DNA of 64,000 nt from Bacilli bacterium (lineage in GTDB: Bacteria > Bacillota_I > Bacilli_A > RFN20 > CAG-826). The notes below the pieces were generated by a model. The model saw only the letters and a program-made list of their open reading frames with translations. It was not told the DNA's origin and made no database searches. Position numbers and translations under genes: made by a program. Shown in pieces: positions 26,533-35,045 of the stretch. The stretch spans positions 4,010 through 68,009 of the forward strand of contig JAKSUL010000004.1 of assembly GCA_024409055.1 (NCBI GenBank), in the 5' to 3' direction. The first letter of the stretch is position 1, and each line of letters starts with the position of its first letter.

Positions 26533-27963
26533 ATGAAAAAATTATTAGTCTTAGCCGCCTCTGCCGGACTAGTCTTCTCCGGCGCTGCCGCAGTTACGGC
26601 CAATGTCTTGAACACGCCAGTTGTCGAGACCAAAGCTGAAGCCGCTGGAACTTCTCAAATCATTACCGAAGAGGTCGATGTTACTGGGAAGACAAAATTA
26701 AGAGCTTCCGAAGGATCTTTCATTAAAGTCGCCAATCCGAAAACTTCCGGTCTTGGACTTTACATGGAATTTAAGGTCGCTAATCCGGAAAATACGCGTC
26801 GCCAAGTCATCCGTTTACAAAAGAACGGCGTTGATGCCAGCGGAAACATTTACTTATTAGATGTTTCTGATGCTGGCGGTGTCGCTATGTCGAGCTACGG
26901 AGCTGCTGTTCTCGACAGGACGCCTGGAAGGCGTGATGTCGTTAGCCTCGCCGACGGCTGGATGAAATATGAAGTTATGTTTGCCGATGCCGGCATAAAC
27001 GAAGGTGTTGATTACATCGATGGTATCAACTTAAGCGCCTGGGGCGATGCCTCCAACATCGTCGCTGTTCGTAATATTAAGATCACCGATCAAACGACAT
27101 ATCTCGGCATGACTCCTTGCACATACGAAGATCGCGGTGGCGACGGCCAATACCTCAAAGGGTATGGCGTGAATCGTCAAATGCCCGCGGTTGCTAACTG
27201 GAAAACTTCCGGAAAAGGCGTTTCCTTTGAGTTTAAGCCGGCGGAAGGCAGAGATTTCGAAACCTTGATTCAATTCAAGGAACAGCCGAATAGCTGGGCG
27301 ACCGTCTCTAGTGGAAACATTTATATGTATCGCCCTGGAAATACTGGTACTGCCACCTGCGGTAAAACAATCACTTTAGCTGATGGCTGGTATCGCTACG
27401 AAGCGATGTTCGCCGATGTTTCGTGTGTCGATGGAAAAGAAACATCCACGGTTTCGATTCTCTATTTCGGACAATGGGCAAATGACGTTAAATACGGATG
27501 CCGCCCAACCATCAGAAACGTTAAGTTAATCTCCTTCTATTCTTCCGCTGCTGAAACCGAGGTTGGAGATTACGCAACCAACGTCATGAATAACACTGCT
27601 GCGGTTTGTGTCGCCGACGGATCCACCGATCAAGAGGCTCTTACCGAAACTGTTGCGGCCCTAAAGACGAGATACAACACCCTCGCCCCGCAATCCAAGA
27701 TTCTTACGGTCTATCCGGAAAATATTGTTGGAGCTGATCAAAAGACCATAGTCGAGAGAGCCAACGCTAGACTCGGCTACATCTTCGCCAAATATCCGAG
27801 CATCGCGAACTACACTCCGGTCCCGGTCACCGCTGCTTACGGTACTTCCTTCCTCTTCAATGGAAACAGCGCTTCCGAGTACTACGTCGTCGCTGCTGTC
27901 GGCGGAGTCGCCTTGCTTGCCGCTGGTGGACTCATCTTCTCCAGGAAGAAAAAACACAACTAA
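26533..27963 (+). CDS. secreted, C-terminally membrane-anchored surface protein with two copies of an uncharacterised ~150-aa module
   Basis: Signal peptide. Motifs WKTSGKGVSFEFKP and DGW(M/Y)(K/R)YE(V/A)MFAD are each duplicated. The C-terminal TM plus SRKKKHN lacks the GCGG motif. Paralogous to 44832..46733. Confidence 0.6.
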   Translation: MKKLLVLAASAGLVFSGAAAVTANVLNTPVVETKAEAAGTSQIITEEVDVTGKTKLRASEGSFIKVANPKTSGLGLYMEFKVANPENTRRQVIRLQKNGVDASGNIYLLDVSDAGGVAMSSYGAAVLDRTPGRRDVVSLADGWMKYEVMFADAGINEGVDYIDGINLSAWGDASNIVAVRNIKITDQTTYLGMTPCTYEDRGGDGQYLKGYGVNRQMPAVANWKTSGKGVSFEFKPAEGRDFETLIQFKEQPNSWATVSSGNIYMYRPGNTGTATCGKTITLADGWYRYEAMFADVSCVDGKETSTVSILYFGQWANDVKYGCRPTIRNVKLISFYSSAAETEVGDYATNVMNNTAAVCVADGSTDQEALTETVAALKTRYNTLAPQSKILTVYPENIVGADQKTIVERANARLGYIFAKYPSIANYTPVPVTAAYGTSFLFNGNSASEYYVVAAVGGVALLAAGGLIFSRKKKHN

Positions 27964-28005
27964 TCATTAATTATTGGAATGGCGTGCATGCGCCAAAGGG
28001 CTTAG

Positions 28006-28722
28006 ATGGCTGAACTTACTTGTAAAAACATCAAAATAACCTACATCCAAAAGAACAAACAATTTATCGATGGGCTTGACGGCCTGTCGATAAATTTTTG
28101 TTCAGGGGGTGTAACCGTGATTTTTGGGGAGAACGGATGTGGCAAGACCACATTGTTCAACTGCATTACCGGTTTGCTTGCCTATGATGGCGAGATTCTT
28201 TTTGATGGGGTCAATGCCGACGAACTTTCCATTAAGGAAAGAAACATTGCCTACGTTCAGCAAAATCTATCCTTATTCCCAAAGAAAACCATATTCGACA
28301 ACATCGCTTTTCCTTTGAAGTCACAAAAACTATCTCCAGAGGAAATCGTCTCGAAAATCTACAAAGTTCTTAGGATTTTTAGAATTTCGCATTTGATGAA
28401 TTGCTTGCCTTCCCAGATATCAATCGGACAGCTGCAGAAAGTTTGTTTGGCTAAAGCCATTGTGACTGAGCCGAAGGTTCTGATTCTTGATGAGGCGTTT
28501 TCGAATTTAGATCCTGTCACCACTGAATCTATTCAAACAATCATCAAACAATATGCGAAAGAAAAAGACATTATTGTTCTTTACGTCACACACAGCATTA
28601 AAGAAGGGCTCATTTTTGGAGATTACTTCAAGGTTATGACCAAACGCGGTCTTACCTATGATGGGACTAAAGAAAACACGACTGAGGACGTGCTTAAACG
28701 CTACGTATTGGGAAATGGCTAA
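28006..28722 (+). CDS. ABC transporter ATP-binding protein, MalK/MsmX-like NBD without regulatory domain
   Basis: Walker A GENGCGKTT, Q-loop YVQQN, Walker B LILDEAFSNLD, H-loop YVTHS. The signature motif is degenerate (ISIGQ instead of LSGGQ). Only 238 aa. Confidence 0.85.
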   Translation: MAELTCKNIKITYIQKNKQFIDGLDGLSINFCSGGVTVIFGENGCGKTTLFNCITGLLAYDGEILFDGVNADELSIKERNIAYVQQNLSLFPKKTIFDNIAFPLKSQKLSPEEIVSKIYKVLRIFRISHLMNCLPSQISIGQLQKVCLAKAIVTEPKVLILDEAFSNLDPVTTESIQTIIKQYAKEKDIIVLYVTHSIKEGLIFGDYFKVMTKRGLTYDGTKENTTEDVLKRYVLGNG

Positions 28723-29623
28723 ACGAAAGAAGAGACCCATATATGCGAATGAGGACTTTTTAGCCAGTTCTCTTCCGCATAGCAGGAAAGATCAGTTCAA
28801 GTTCATCTTTAAAACAAGAAAGCCTCTTTTCCTTTTGATTGGCCTGTTCCTTGTTTTGTTTTCGCTTCCGCTTTTGGTGAGTACCCTCTTTTTAGATTTC
28901 ACCATCAACAACGCCTATAACTTGTTTCAAAGTGGGGAGATCACGGAATCCTCTTTTTACGCCTTCTTTTATACTGACGTCATGGTGTTTGGGATTGCAG
29001 GGGCTATTTTGTTCCTCGTCTTTACCGTTGGTCTATCGGGTGTTTTTGAAATATTGAAGAAACTGATTTTTAGCCAACCGATTTTCTTTTGGTACGACTT
29101 TAGACAAGGCATTAAAAAGAACGTCAAAGGATTCCTTGGCATATCTGCGTTCGCGGCTTTCTTCGTGATTTTGCTAAGCGTCTTATTCAGGTTCGTCGGA
29201 CCGACATTTTGGTTCTTGATTACGACCGTTTTCTTCATCCTTTTCGTCTATCCGATTATCGTGGGTCTTTTTGTTTATAAGACGTTCTATGAAGCTTCTT
29301 TTGCCGAAGCTTTAAGAAACGGGGTCCAACTATTCGTGATAGTGCACGTAAAAGGAATCCTGATTTCGCTTGGGTTTGCCATTGTTCCGATTGTCACCAA
29401 CGTGCTGTCGGCCCTTTTGGTCATGACGCCGATGGTCAGCGAATTCATCAACATCGCTTATATGCTTTTCGTCGCCCCGTGGTATCTCTTATTTGTATTC
29501 TCGTTCTATTATTCGGTTTTGGACGAGAACATTAATAAAGACAATTTCGAATACTATTACCTAAAAGGTCTATACCATAGTAGTAGGGAGGAAGATGAAT
29601 ATGAAAACAAGATTCAAGGATAA
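28715..29623 (+). CDS. YesL/DUF624-like polytopic membrane protein
   Basis: The ATG at 28715 overlaps the ATPase stop (ATGGCTAA). Six hydrophobic segments. YesL-type proteins accompany sugar ABC systems in Bacillus. Family call is tentative. Confidence 0.45.
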   Translation: MAKRKKRPIYANEDFLASSLPHSRKDQFKFIFKTRKPLFLLIGLFLVLFSLPLLVSTLFLDFTINNAYNLFQSGEITESSFYAFFYTDVMVFGIAGAILFLVFTVGLSGVFEILKKLIFSQPIFFWYDFRQGIKKNVKGFLGISAFAAFFVILLSVLFRFVGPTFWFLITTVFFILFVYPIIVGLFVYKTFYEASFAEALRNGVQLFVIVHVKGILISLGFAIVPIVTNVLSALLVMTPMVSEFINIAYMLFVAPWYLLFVFSFYYSVLDENINKDNFEYYYLKGLYHSSREEDEYENKIQG

Positions 29624-31304
29624 GAGAATCATCGTTTCCGGGGAGAACTACGAGCAAGTTCTCTTTGATATCGGAACCGACAAGTACTGCACCCAATTCG
29701 ATGGGAGGGGTGGCATTACCTATTTTCACTATGTGAACAACCCTCGTTATAACGTTAAAGGCCATTCCTATTTGAACATCTATATCGACGGAGAGCCTCT
29801 AACTATTTTTGGAAAAAAGAAAGTCATTTGCTGCGGTCGTATTCAAAAAATCGTTTATCAGTTAAAAGACGGCAGCATCACTTTGACCCAATATGGTTAT
29901 GAGTCCTACGTTTTCAATCGCATTTCTTATCGTTTCAAAGAAGAAAAAGAAATCGTGATGGCCTATGACTATTGCGAATTTAAGGACGTTCCATCCCTTG
30001 CTTCGACTTTCCCAGTCGACGAGGTAATGGACAACTACTCTTATTACATAACATCCAAAGGGAAAACGGCCCGTTTTGACGTTTGCTTCTCCTTCACCGA
30101 TGATCCGAAGAAGATGGTGAAGAAGTCGGGGCGCATATTGAAGATGCTCGAAAACGAAATCGAATCTATCTCACTTCCTGAATCTGCGGACACCGAACTT
30201 AAAAAAGCCATATACGCATCTTCTGTTTTTGCCGCCTTAGAAAACTACAAGTCTATTCCTGGATTCTCTGGATTAACGGCGGGCGTCAACTATCTCGTTC
30301 CGTTTAGGACCTACTATCGCGACTCTTATTGGACCGTTCTTGCTCTCCATAAAGAACACCCTGAGATAATCCGCAACCAAGTTTTGACCTTGGCCAAAGG
30401 AATCGGGGAAAACGGAGAATGCCCATCCGCGGTTAAATCTGATTATTCTTCCTTCTGGGGAGGTCATTACGATAGCCCGTCCTTCTTCGTGATGGAGACT
30501 TTCGACTATGTCGCCCATTCCGGCGACAAATCCTTGCTCAAGGAAGTCGTGAATGGAAAAACCGTCTTAGAACTTTGCGAAAAAGTCCTCGAAAATACAG
30601 CTTCAAGAACTGATGAAACCCATCTTATCTATAAGAAGGGTCCATATAACAGACTCGATTGGTCTGATGAAGTTAACAGGATTGGGTACGTCACTTTCGA
30701 CGAATGCCTTTATTACAGGGCTTTGTCTTGTATGGGAAGCCTTATCGGCGGCGAAAACAAATACAAGAAAGAAGCCGAGATCGTTAAAAAGAAGATCAAC
30801 GAGATTCTTTGGAACGACGAACTTGGCTATTACTACAACTACAAAGACGGAGATGTATATGAAGACAACCTAGTTGTCGATACGATCTTGGCCGTGTTGT
30901 TCGATATCGTCCCTGAGGATAAAAAAGATAGGTTCTTGGATAACTTCGAGAAGATGCTTTATTCCAAAAACCACGAAGAGCTTAAAGATTACGGCGTCAT
31001 GTCCGCCTATCCGGTTTATAAAAGATATAAAGGCGTGGTCAACAAATCCACCCAATCATATCGTTACCACAATGGAGCGAACTGGCCGTATTGGTCGGCG
31101 ATTGTCGCATACGCTATGTCGTTGAACGGCAGGGAATATGAATATGCTCTGACATCGTGGTTTATGTACAACATAAAACGTGGAAACCTAACTCCAATCG
31201 AGTATTTCTCGCCATATTACCAAGACGGGTCGAATCTACAAGCTTGGAGCGCGACCTCTGCCTTTTGCTTAGATTGGTTGTCAAAACCCTTCTTTGTGTT
31301 ATAG
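29601..31304 (+). CDS. (alpha/alpha)6-barrel glycoside hydrolase, GH63 / amylo-alpha-1,6-glucosidase (GDE_C)-like
   Basis: YYRDSYWTVLAL, DSPSFFVMETFDYV, VTFDECLYYRAL, WNDELGYYYNY and YHNGANWPYWSAIVAYAM resemble GDE_C/GH63-type barrels. GGGAGG RBS. The ATG at 29601 is preferred over 29595 on spacing. Confidence 0.55.
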   Translation: MKTRFKDKRIIVSGENYEQVLFDIGTDKYCTQFDGRGGITYFHYVNNPRYNVKGHSYLNIYIDGEPLTIFGKKKVICCGRIQKIVYQLKDGSITLTQYGYESYVFNRISYRFKEEKEIVMAYDYCEFKDVPSLASTFPVDEVMDNYSYYITSKGKTARFDVCFSFTDDPKKMVKKSGRILKMLENEIESISLPESADTELKKAIYASSVFAALENYKSIPGFSGLTAGVNYLVPFRTYYRDSYWTVLALHKEHPEIIRNQVLTLAKGIGENGECPSAVKSDYSSFWGGHYDSPSFFVMETFDYVAHSGDKSLLKEVVNGKTVLELCEKVLENTASRTDETHLIYKKGPYNRLDWSDEVNRIGYVTFDECLYYRALSCMGSLIGGENKYKKEAEIVKKKINEILWNDELGYYYNYKDGDVYEDNLVVDTILAVLFDIVPEDKKDRFLDNFEKMLYSKNHEELKDYGVMSAYPVYKRYKGVVNKSTQSYRYHNGANWPYWSAIVAYAMSLNGREYEYALTSWFMYNIKRGNLTPIEYFSPYYQDGSNLQAWSATSAFCLDWLSKPFFVL

Positions 31305-31333
31305 TTTGTTGAAAGAATAAGGAGAAACCTTAT

Positions 31334-33091
31334 ATGAAATATAAAAAAGCATTATTACCGATTTCTTTGTTGGCCGTTGTTTCGACGCTAGCTTCGTGTG
31401 GAAAGCTTGGCCCGGCCACCTCTTCCACCAGTGGCGGAAACTATCAATATAACGTTGATGGACCGAACAAAACGAAGATCACCGTCGGAAACTTCGGTGG
31501 TGGTATCGGAAGCCTTTGGATCGAAAAGGCCGCTGACCGTTTCGCCAAGGAAGTCATGAACAAGTCTTACGCCGACGGACACCAAGGCGTCTACATCAAA
31601 TTCATCAACTCCTTCGAACTTAAGACCAGCACGATGGACCAATCCAATACCTCCATGTTCTTTGATGAACGTTTCTCCGACATCACCGAACTTGGTCAGG
31701 CCGGACTTCTTCTCGACCTCGACGAAATCGTCTTGGACGAGACCAGAAAAGGCGGATCCCTCGATTCCAACATCTTCGATAGCGTTAAAGACGGCCTTAA
31801 GGTTCAAGGCAAATACTATGGTCTTCCTCACTATGAATACTATGGCGGTCTTACCTATAACCACGAAATATTCGACAGCATCTTCGCTTATTTCGCCGAT
31901 CCGACTGCTGACGACAAGATCGAATGGGAATGCAAATATGGCACCGATTATTTCGTCAGCGATTTGAATACCAAGAGATCCGTTGGCCCAGACGGAAAAG
32001 CTGGCACCATGGATGACGGCCTCCCGGCTACCATGGAACAGTTCATCATCTTGATGGACTACATCAAATCCAATAACTGCGCCCCGATCGTCATCTCTGG
32101 CCAATACCAGAAATACGGCGACTATCTCCTCTCGGGCATTTGGTCTTCTTTGGCCGGCACCGAGCAGATGAAGAACTACTATAACTGCACTGGCGAAATC
32201 GAGGTCGTTGAAAGAGACGCCTCTGGTAACATCGTTTATGAAGGAAACGCCTTCCCGGGCATCGATTACGTCAAAAAGCCAAAGACTAAGAAAGTCACCA
32301 TGGCCGCTGATGGAAGCCAGGGATATTTAGGGAACGACATGGCCGCTAAGTACTACGCCATCGCCCTCCTCGACATCATGAAAAACGAAGGCTTCTTCAA
32401 CCTCGATTCCTCCATCTCCACAAAGAGCCACTACGACGCCCAGAAATGCTTATATCTTGGCGATGTTTCCCGTGACTACGATAAGGCCGCGATGCTTATC
32501 GAAGGATCCTACTGGTACAACGAGTCCAGCGAAATGGGCTGCTTCAACCAGTTCGAAAAATACACCGGAAGAAAGAGGGGAGACCTCGACGTTCGTTGGA
32601 TGAACCTTCCGACCGAAGTCTTCAACTCCGATAGCTTTGAAGGAAAAGAACAGTGCCTCGTCGATATTGGACACTCCTTCTCCATGATTAACGGAAATAT
32701 CAAAAACAATCCTGAGATCAAGGACGTCTGCATCGACTTCATGAAGTTCCTTTATAGCGAAGAAGAACTCGCCGCTTTCTCAATCCAGACCGGTATGCCG
32801 AGGATGATCAACTATCCGATGAATACCGACGACTTGTCCAATTCCGGCCCGTTCTATGAAAAGCTCTTTAAGCAAAGGAACGCCAATACCGATAATATTA
32901 TCGGTCTTTCTGGAACCACCAAGGTTTTCAAGAAAGCCAAGAGTATCATCAAGCTTTGCCTCCAGTCTTCCCCGTTCGTTGACGTCGCTGGCAAATACGA
33001 ACTCCAGAAACTCAAAGGCGGAGAACACGCTCCGACCATCTTTGATGATTTCTCCATCAAACCGAGCTCCTGGAAATATAACAACGACTAA
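31334..33091 (+). CDS. large extracellular solute-binding lipoprotein of a carbohydrate ABC transporter (LplA/YtcQ-like)
   Basis: Lipobox VVSTLASC-GKL. 585 aa. Followed by LplB- and LplC-like permeases. Confidence 0.8.
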   Translation: MKYKKALLPISLLAVVSTLASCGKLGPATSSTSGGNYQYNVDGPNKTKITVGNFGGGIGSLWIEKAADRFAKEVMNKSYADGHQGVYIKFINSFELKTSTMDQSNTSMFFDERFSDITELGQAGLLLDLDEIVLDETRKGGSLDSNIFDSVKDGLKVQGKYYGLPHYEYYGGLTYNHEIFDSIFAYFADPTADDKIEWECKYGTDYFVSDLNTKRSVGPDGKAGTMDDGLPATMEQFIILMDYIKSNNCAPIVISGQYQKYGDYLLSGIWSSLAGTEQMKNYYNCTGEIEVVERDASGNIVYEGNAFPGIDYVKKPKTKKVTMAADGSQGYLGNDMAAKYYAIALLDIMKNEGFFNLDSSISTKSHYDAQKCLYLGDVSRDYDKAAMLIEGSYWYNESSEMGCFNQFEKYTGRKRGDLDVRWMNLPTEVFNSDSFEGKEQCLVDIGHSFSMINGNIKNNPEIKDVCIDFMKFLYSEEELAAFSIQTGMPRMINYPMNTDDLSNSGPFYEKLFKQRNANTDNIIGLSGTTKVFKKAKSIIKLCLQSSPFVDVAGKYELQKLKGGEHAPTIFDDFSIKPSSWKYNND

Positions 33092-33104
33092 TTAGGAGAC
33101 GATA

Positions 33105-34076
33105 ATGGCCGCCTTAACCGTACAGGGACAAAGAAAGGGTTTTGCGAGCAAACGCGAAAGAAGCAGGCTCTTCTTTTACCTAGGAATGTTCGCTATTCCT
33201 CTTATTCAGTTCGCAATCTTTTATTGGGTGGCTAACTTCAACTCCATTTTGATTAGCTTCCAAAAATACGAAGCCAACACTGATGGCCTTGGTTACACGG
33301 CCGTTTGGGTGGGTTTAACAAATTTCAAGAAAGCCTGGAGCATCTTGTTCAGCAAAGACGTTGGCGAGATGGTCGGCTTTTCTTTGATTTTTTATGGATG
33401 CAATTTATTCATAGTCACGCCATTGGCTTTGATATTCAGCTTCTATATCGCGAAGAATTACCGCTTCTCCGGGTTCTTCAGGGTCATGCTTTATTTGCCG
33501 TGTGTCTTATCGGCGGTCGTTTTGACCATTCTTTATAAGTATGTCGTCACCGATGTTTACCGCTATTTGGTCTCGGCTTTCGGCGGTGGAAACGTCGCTG
33601 GCTTATTAGACGGCACCAAAGAGACCCAATTCAAAACCATTCTTTTCTATAACTTGTGGTTAGCTTACGGCACCAACACCATGCTTTACACGGGCGCGAT
33701 GACCGATATCAACCCTTCGATCATCGAAGCCGCGAAAGTCGATGGCGCTGGTCCTGTCCGTCAGTTCATTCACATATACGTCCCGATGATTTGGCCGACA
33801 TTGGTAACCTTCATCGTTACCGGTATGGCTGGATTATTCGTTGAGCAGATGCAGTTATATTCCTTCTTCGGCGGAGGCGGATCCAACTTGTTCTCGACAT
33901 TTGGATACTACTTCTACACGCAGTCCGTAGGTTCAAACCTCTATGTGGCAGAAGGAAGCAAATACCTATCCTATCCGGAGCTTTCCGCGTTAGGTGTTCT
34001 CATCACCTTGTTCTTAATACCGGTCGTTTTGACGGTTAGAAAGTTGTTAACGAAGTATGGCCCTAGCGTTGATTAA
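33105..34076 (+). CDS. carbohydrate ABC transporter permease (LplB-like)
   Basis: Polytopic, with the EAA loop IIEAAKVDGAGPVRQFIHIYVPMIWP. Confidence 0.85.
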   Translation: MAALTVQGQRKGFASKRERSRLFFYLGMFAIPLIQFAIFYWVANFNSILISFQKYEANTDGLGYTAVWVGLTNFKKAWSILFSKDVGEMVGFSLIFYGCNLFIVTPLALIFSFYIAKNYRFSGFFRVMLYLPCVLSAVVLTILYKYVVTDVYRYLVSAFGGGNVAGLLDGTKETQFKTILFYNLWLAYGTNTMLYTGAMTDINPSIIEAAKVDGAGPVRQFIHIYVPMIWPTLVTFIVTGMAGLFVEQMQLYSFFGGGGSNLFSTFGYYFYTQSVGSNLYVAEGSKYLSYPELSALGVLITLFLIPVVLTVRKLLTKYGPSVD

Positions 34077-35043
34077 GAGAAAACCAAAAGCCCAGAAGAA
34101 GCCTATCGAGAAGGCTAATGCTGGATCGATCATCGTCATGGTGATTCTTTTCCTCTATTCTTTGACTTTGATCGCTTTGTTGCTTTGGGGCTTCAACACA
34201 TCGTTCAAAACCTCCGAAGAATATAAGATTGGCGGAAACATCATCGGATTCCCCGATTTCGTCCACAGTGAATATTCCTTCATCAATAACTACTACATTG
34301 TCCTTAATGCGTTTAAGTATCAAGCCGAAGACCATTCCTACATCTCCGCTTTCTTTGGGCGCATTAGCAATACTGGACCTGAAGGCGGATTTACCTTTGG
34401 TCTATTCATGATCAACTCCTTCGTTTACTGTATCGTCGGATCGTTTGCTAGGACCTTTGTCGCTTTGGTAGCTGGTTATCTTGTTTCGAAATATAAATAC
34501 AAATTCTCCAAGATCATCTATGTCGTGATGTTGATCATCATGGCCATTCCGATTGTCGGCAGTGCGCCTGCTATGTTGAAACTTACCCGCGACTTGGCGA
34601 TTTATGACTCTTATTTAGGGATGCTTCTTTTGAATCTTAACTTTACGGGTCTATATTTCTTCGTATTTGCCGCGTATTTCCAAGATTATTCCGACACTTA
34701 TATCGAAGCCGCTGAGATTGACGGATCCAATCAGTTCCGCGCTTTCTTCACCATTGTTTTCCCGATGGCGTCGAAATTGTTCTGGACTGTCTTCCTTCTC
34801 AACTTCATCACCCTTTGGAACGACTACCAGACCCCGCTTCTTTATTACCCCAACCACCCAACTCTTTCATACGCCATTTACAAAATGTCCACCAATAGCG
34901 TCCACATCATCGGATCTGACGCCATTGAGATTCCTCAGATCGTGGCCGGATGTATGTTGCTAGTTCTTCCTGTCCTCGCCCTCTTCTTGGCGACTAGGAA
35001 AGCCTTACTTGGCAATATGTCCGCCGGAGGCATAAAGGAGTAG
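34057..35043 (+). CDS. carbohydrate ABC transporter permease (LplC-like)
   Basis: Polytopic, with the EAA loop YIEAAEIDGSNQFRAFFTIVFPM. Overlaps the upstream permease by 20 nt. Confidence 0.85.
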   Translation: MALALIKRKPKAQKKPIEKANAGSIIVMVILFLYSLTLIALLLWGFNTSFKTSEEYKIGGNIIGFPDFVHSEYSFINNYYIVLNAFKYQAEDHSYISAFFGRISNTGPEGGFTFGLFMINSFVYCIVGSFARTFVALVAGYLVSKYKYKFSKIIYVVMLIIMAIPIVGSAPAMLKLTRDLAIYDSYLGMLLLNLNFTGLYFFVFAAYFQDYSDTYIEAAEIDGSNQFRAFFTIVFPMASKLFWTVFLLNFITLWNDYQTPLLYYPNHPTLSYAIYKMSTNSVHIIGSDAIEIPQIVAGCMLLVLPVLALFLATRKALLGNMSAGGIKE

Positions 35044-35045
35044 TT

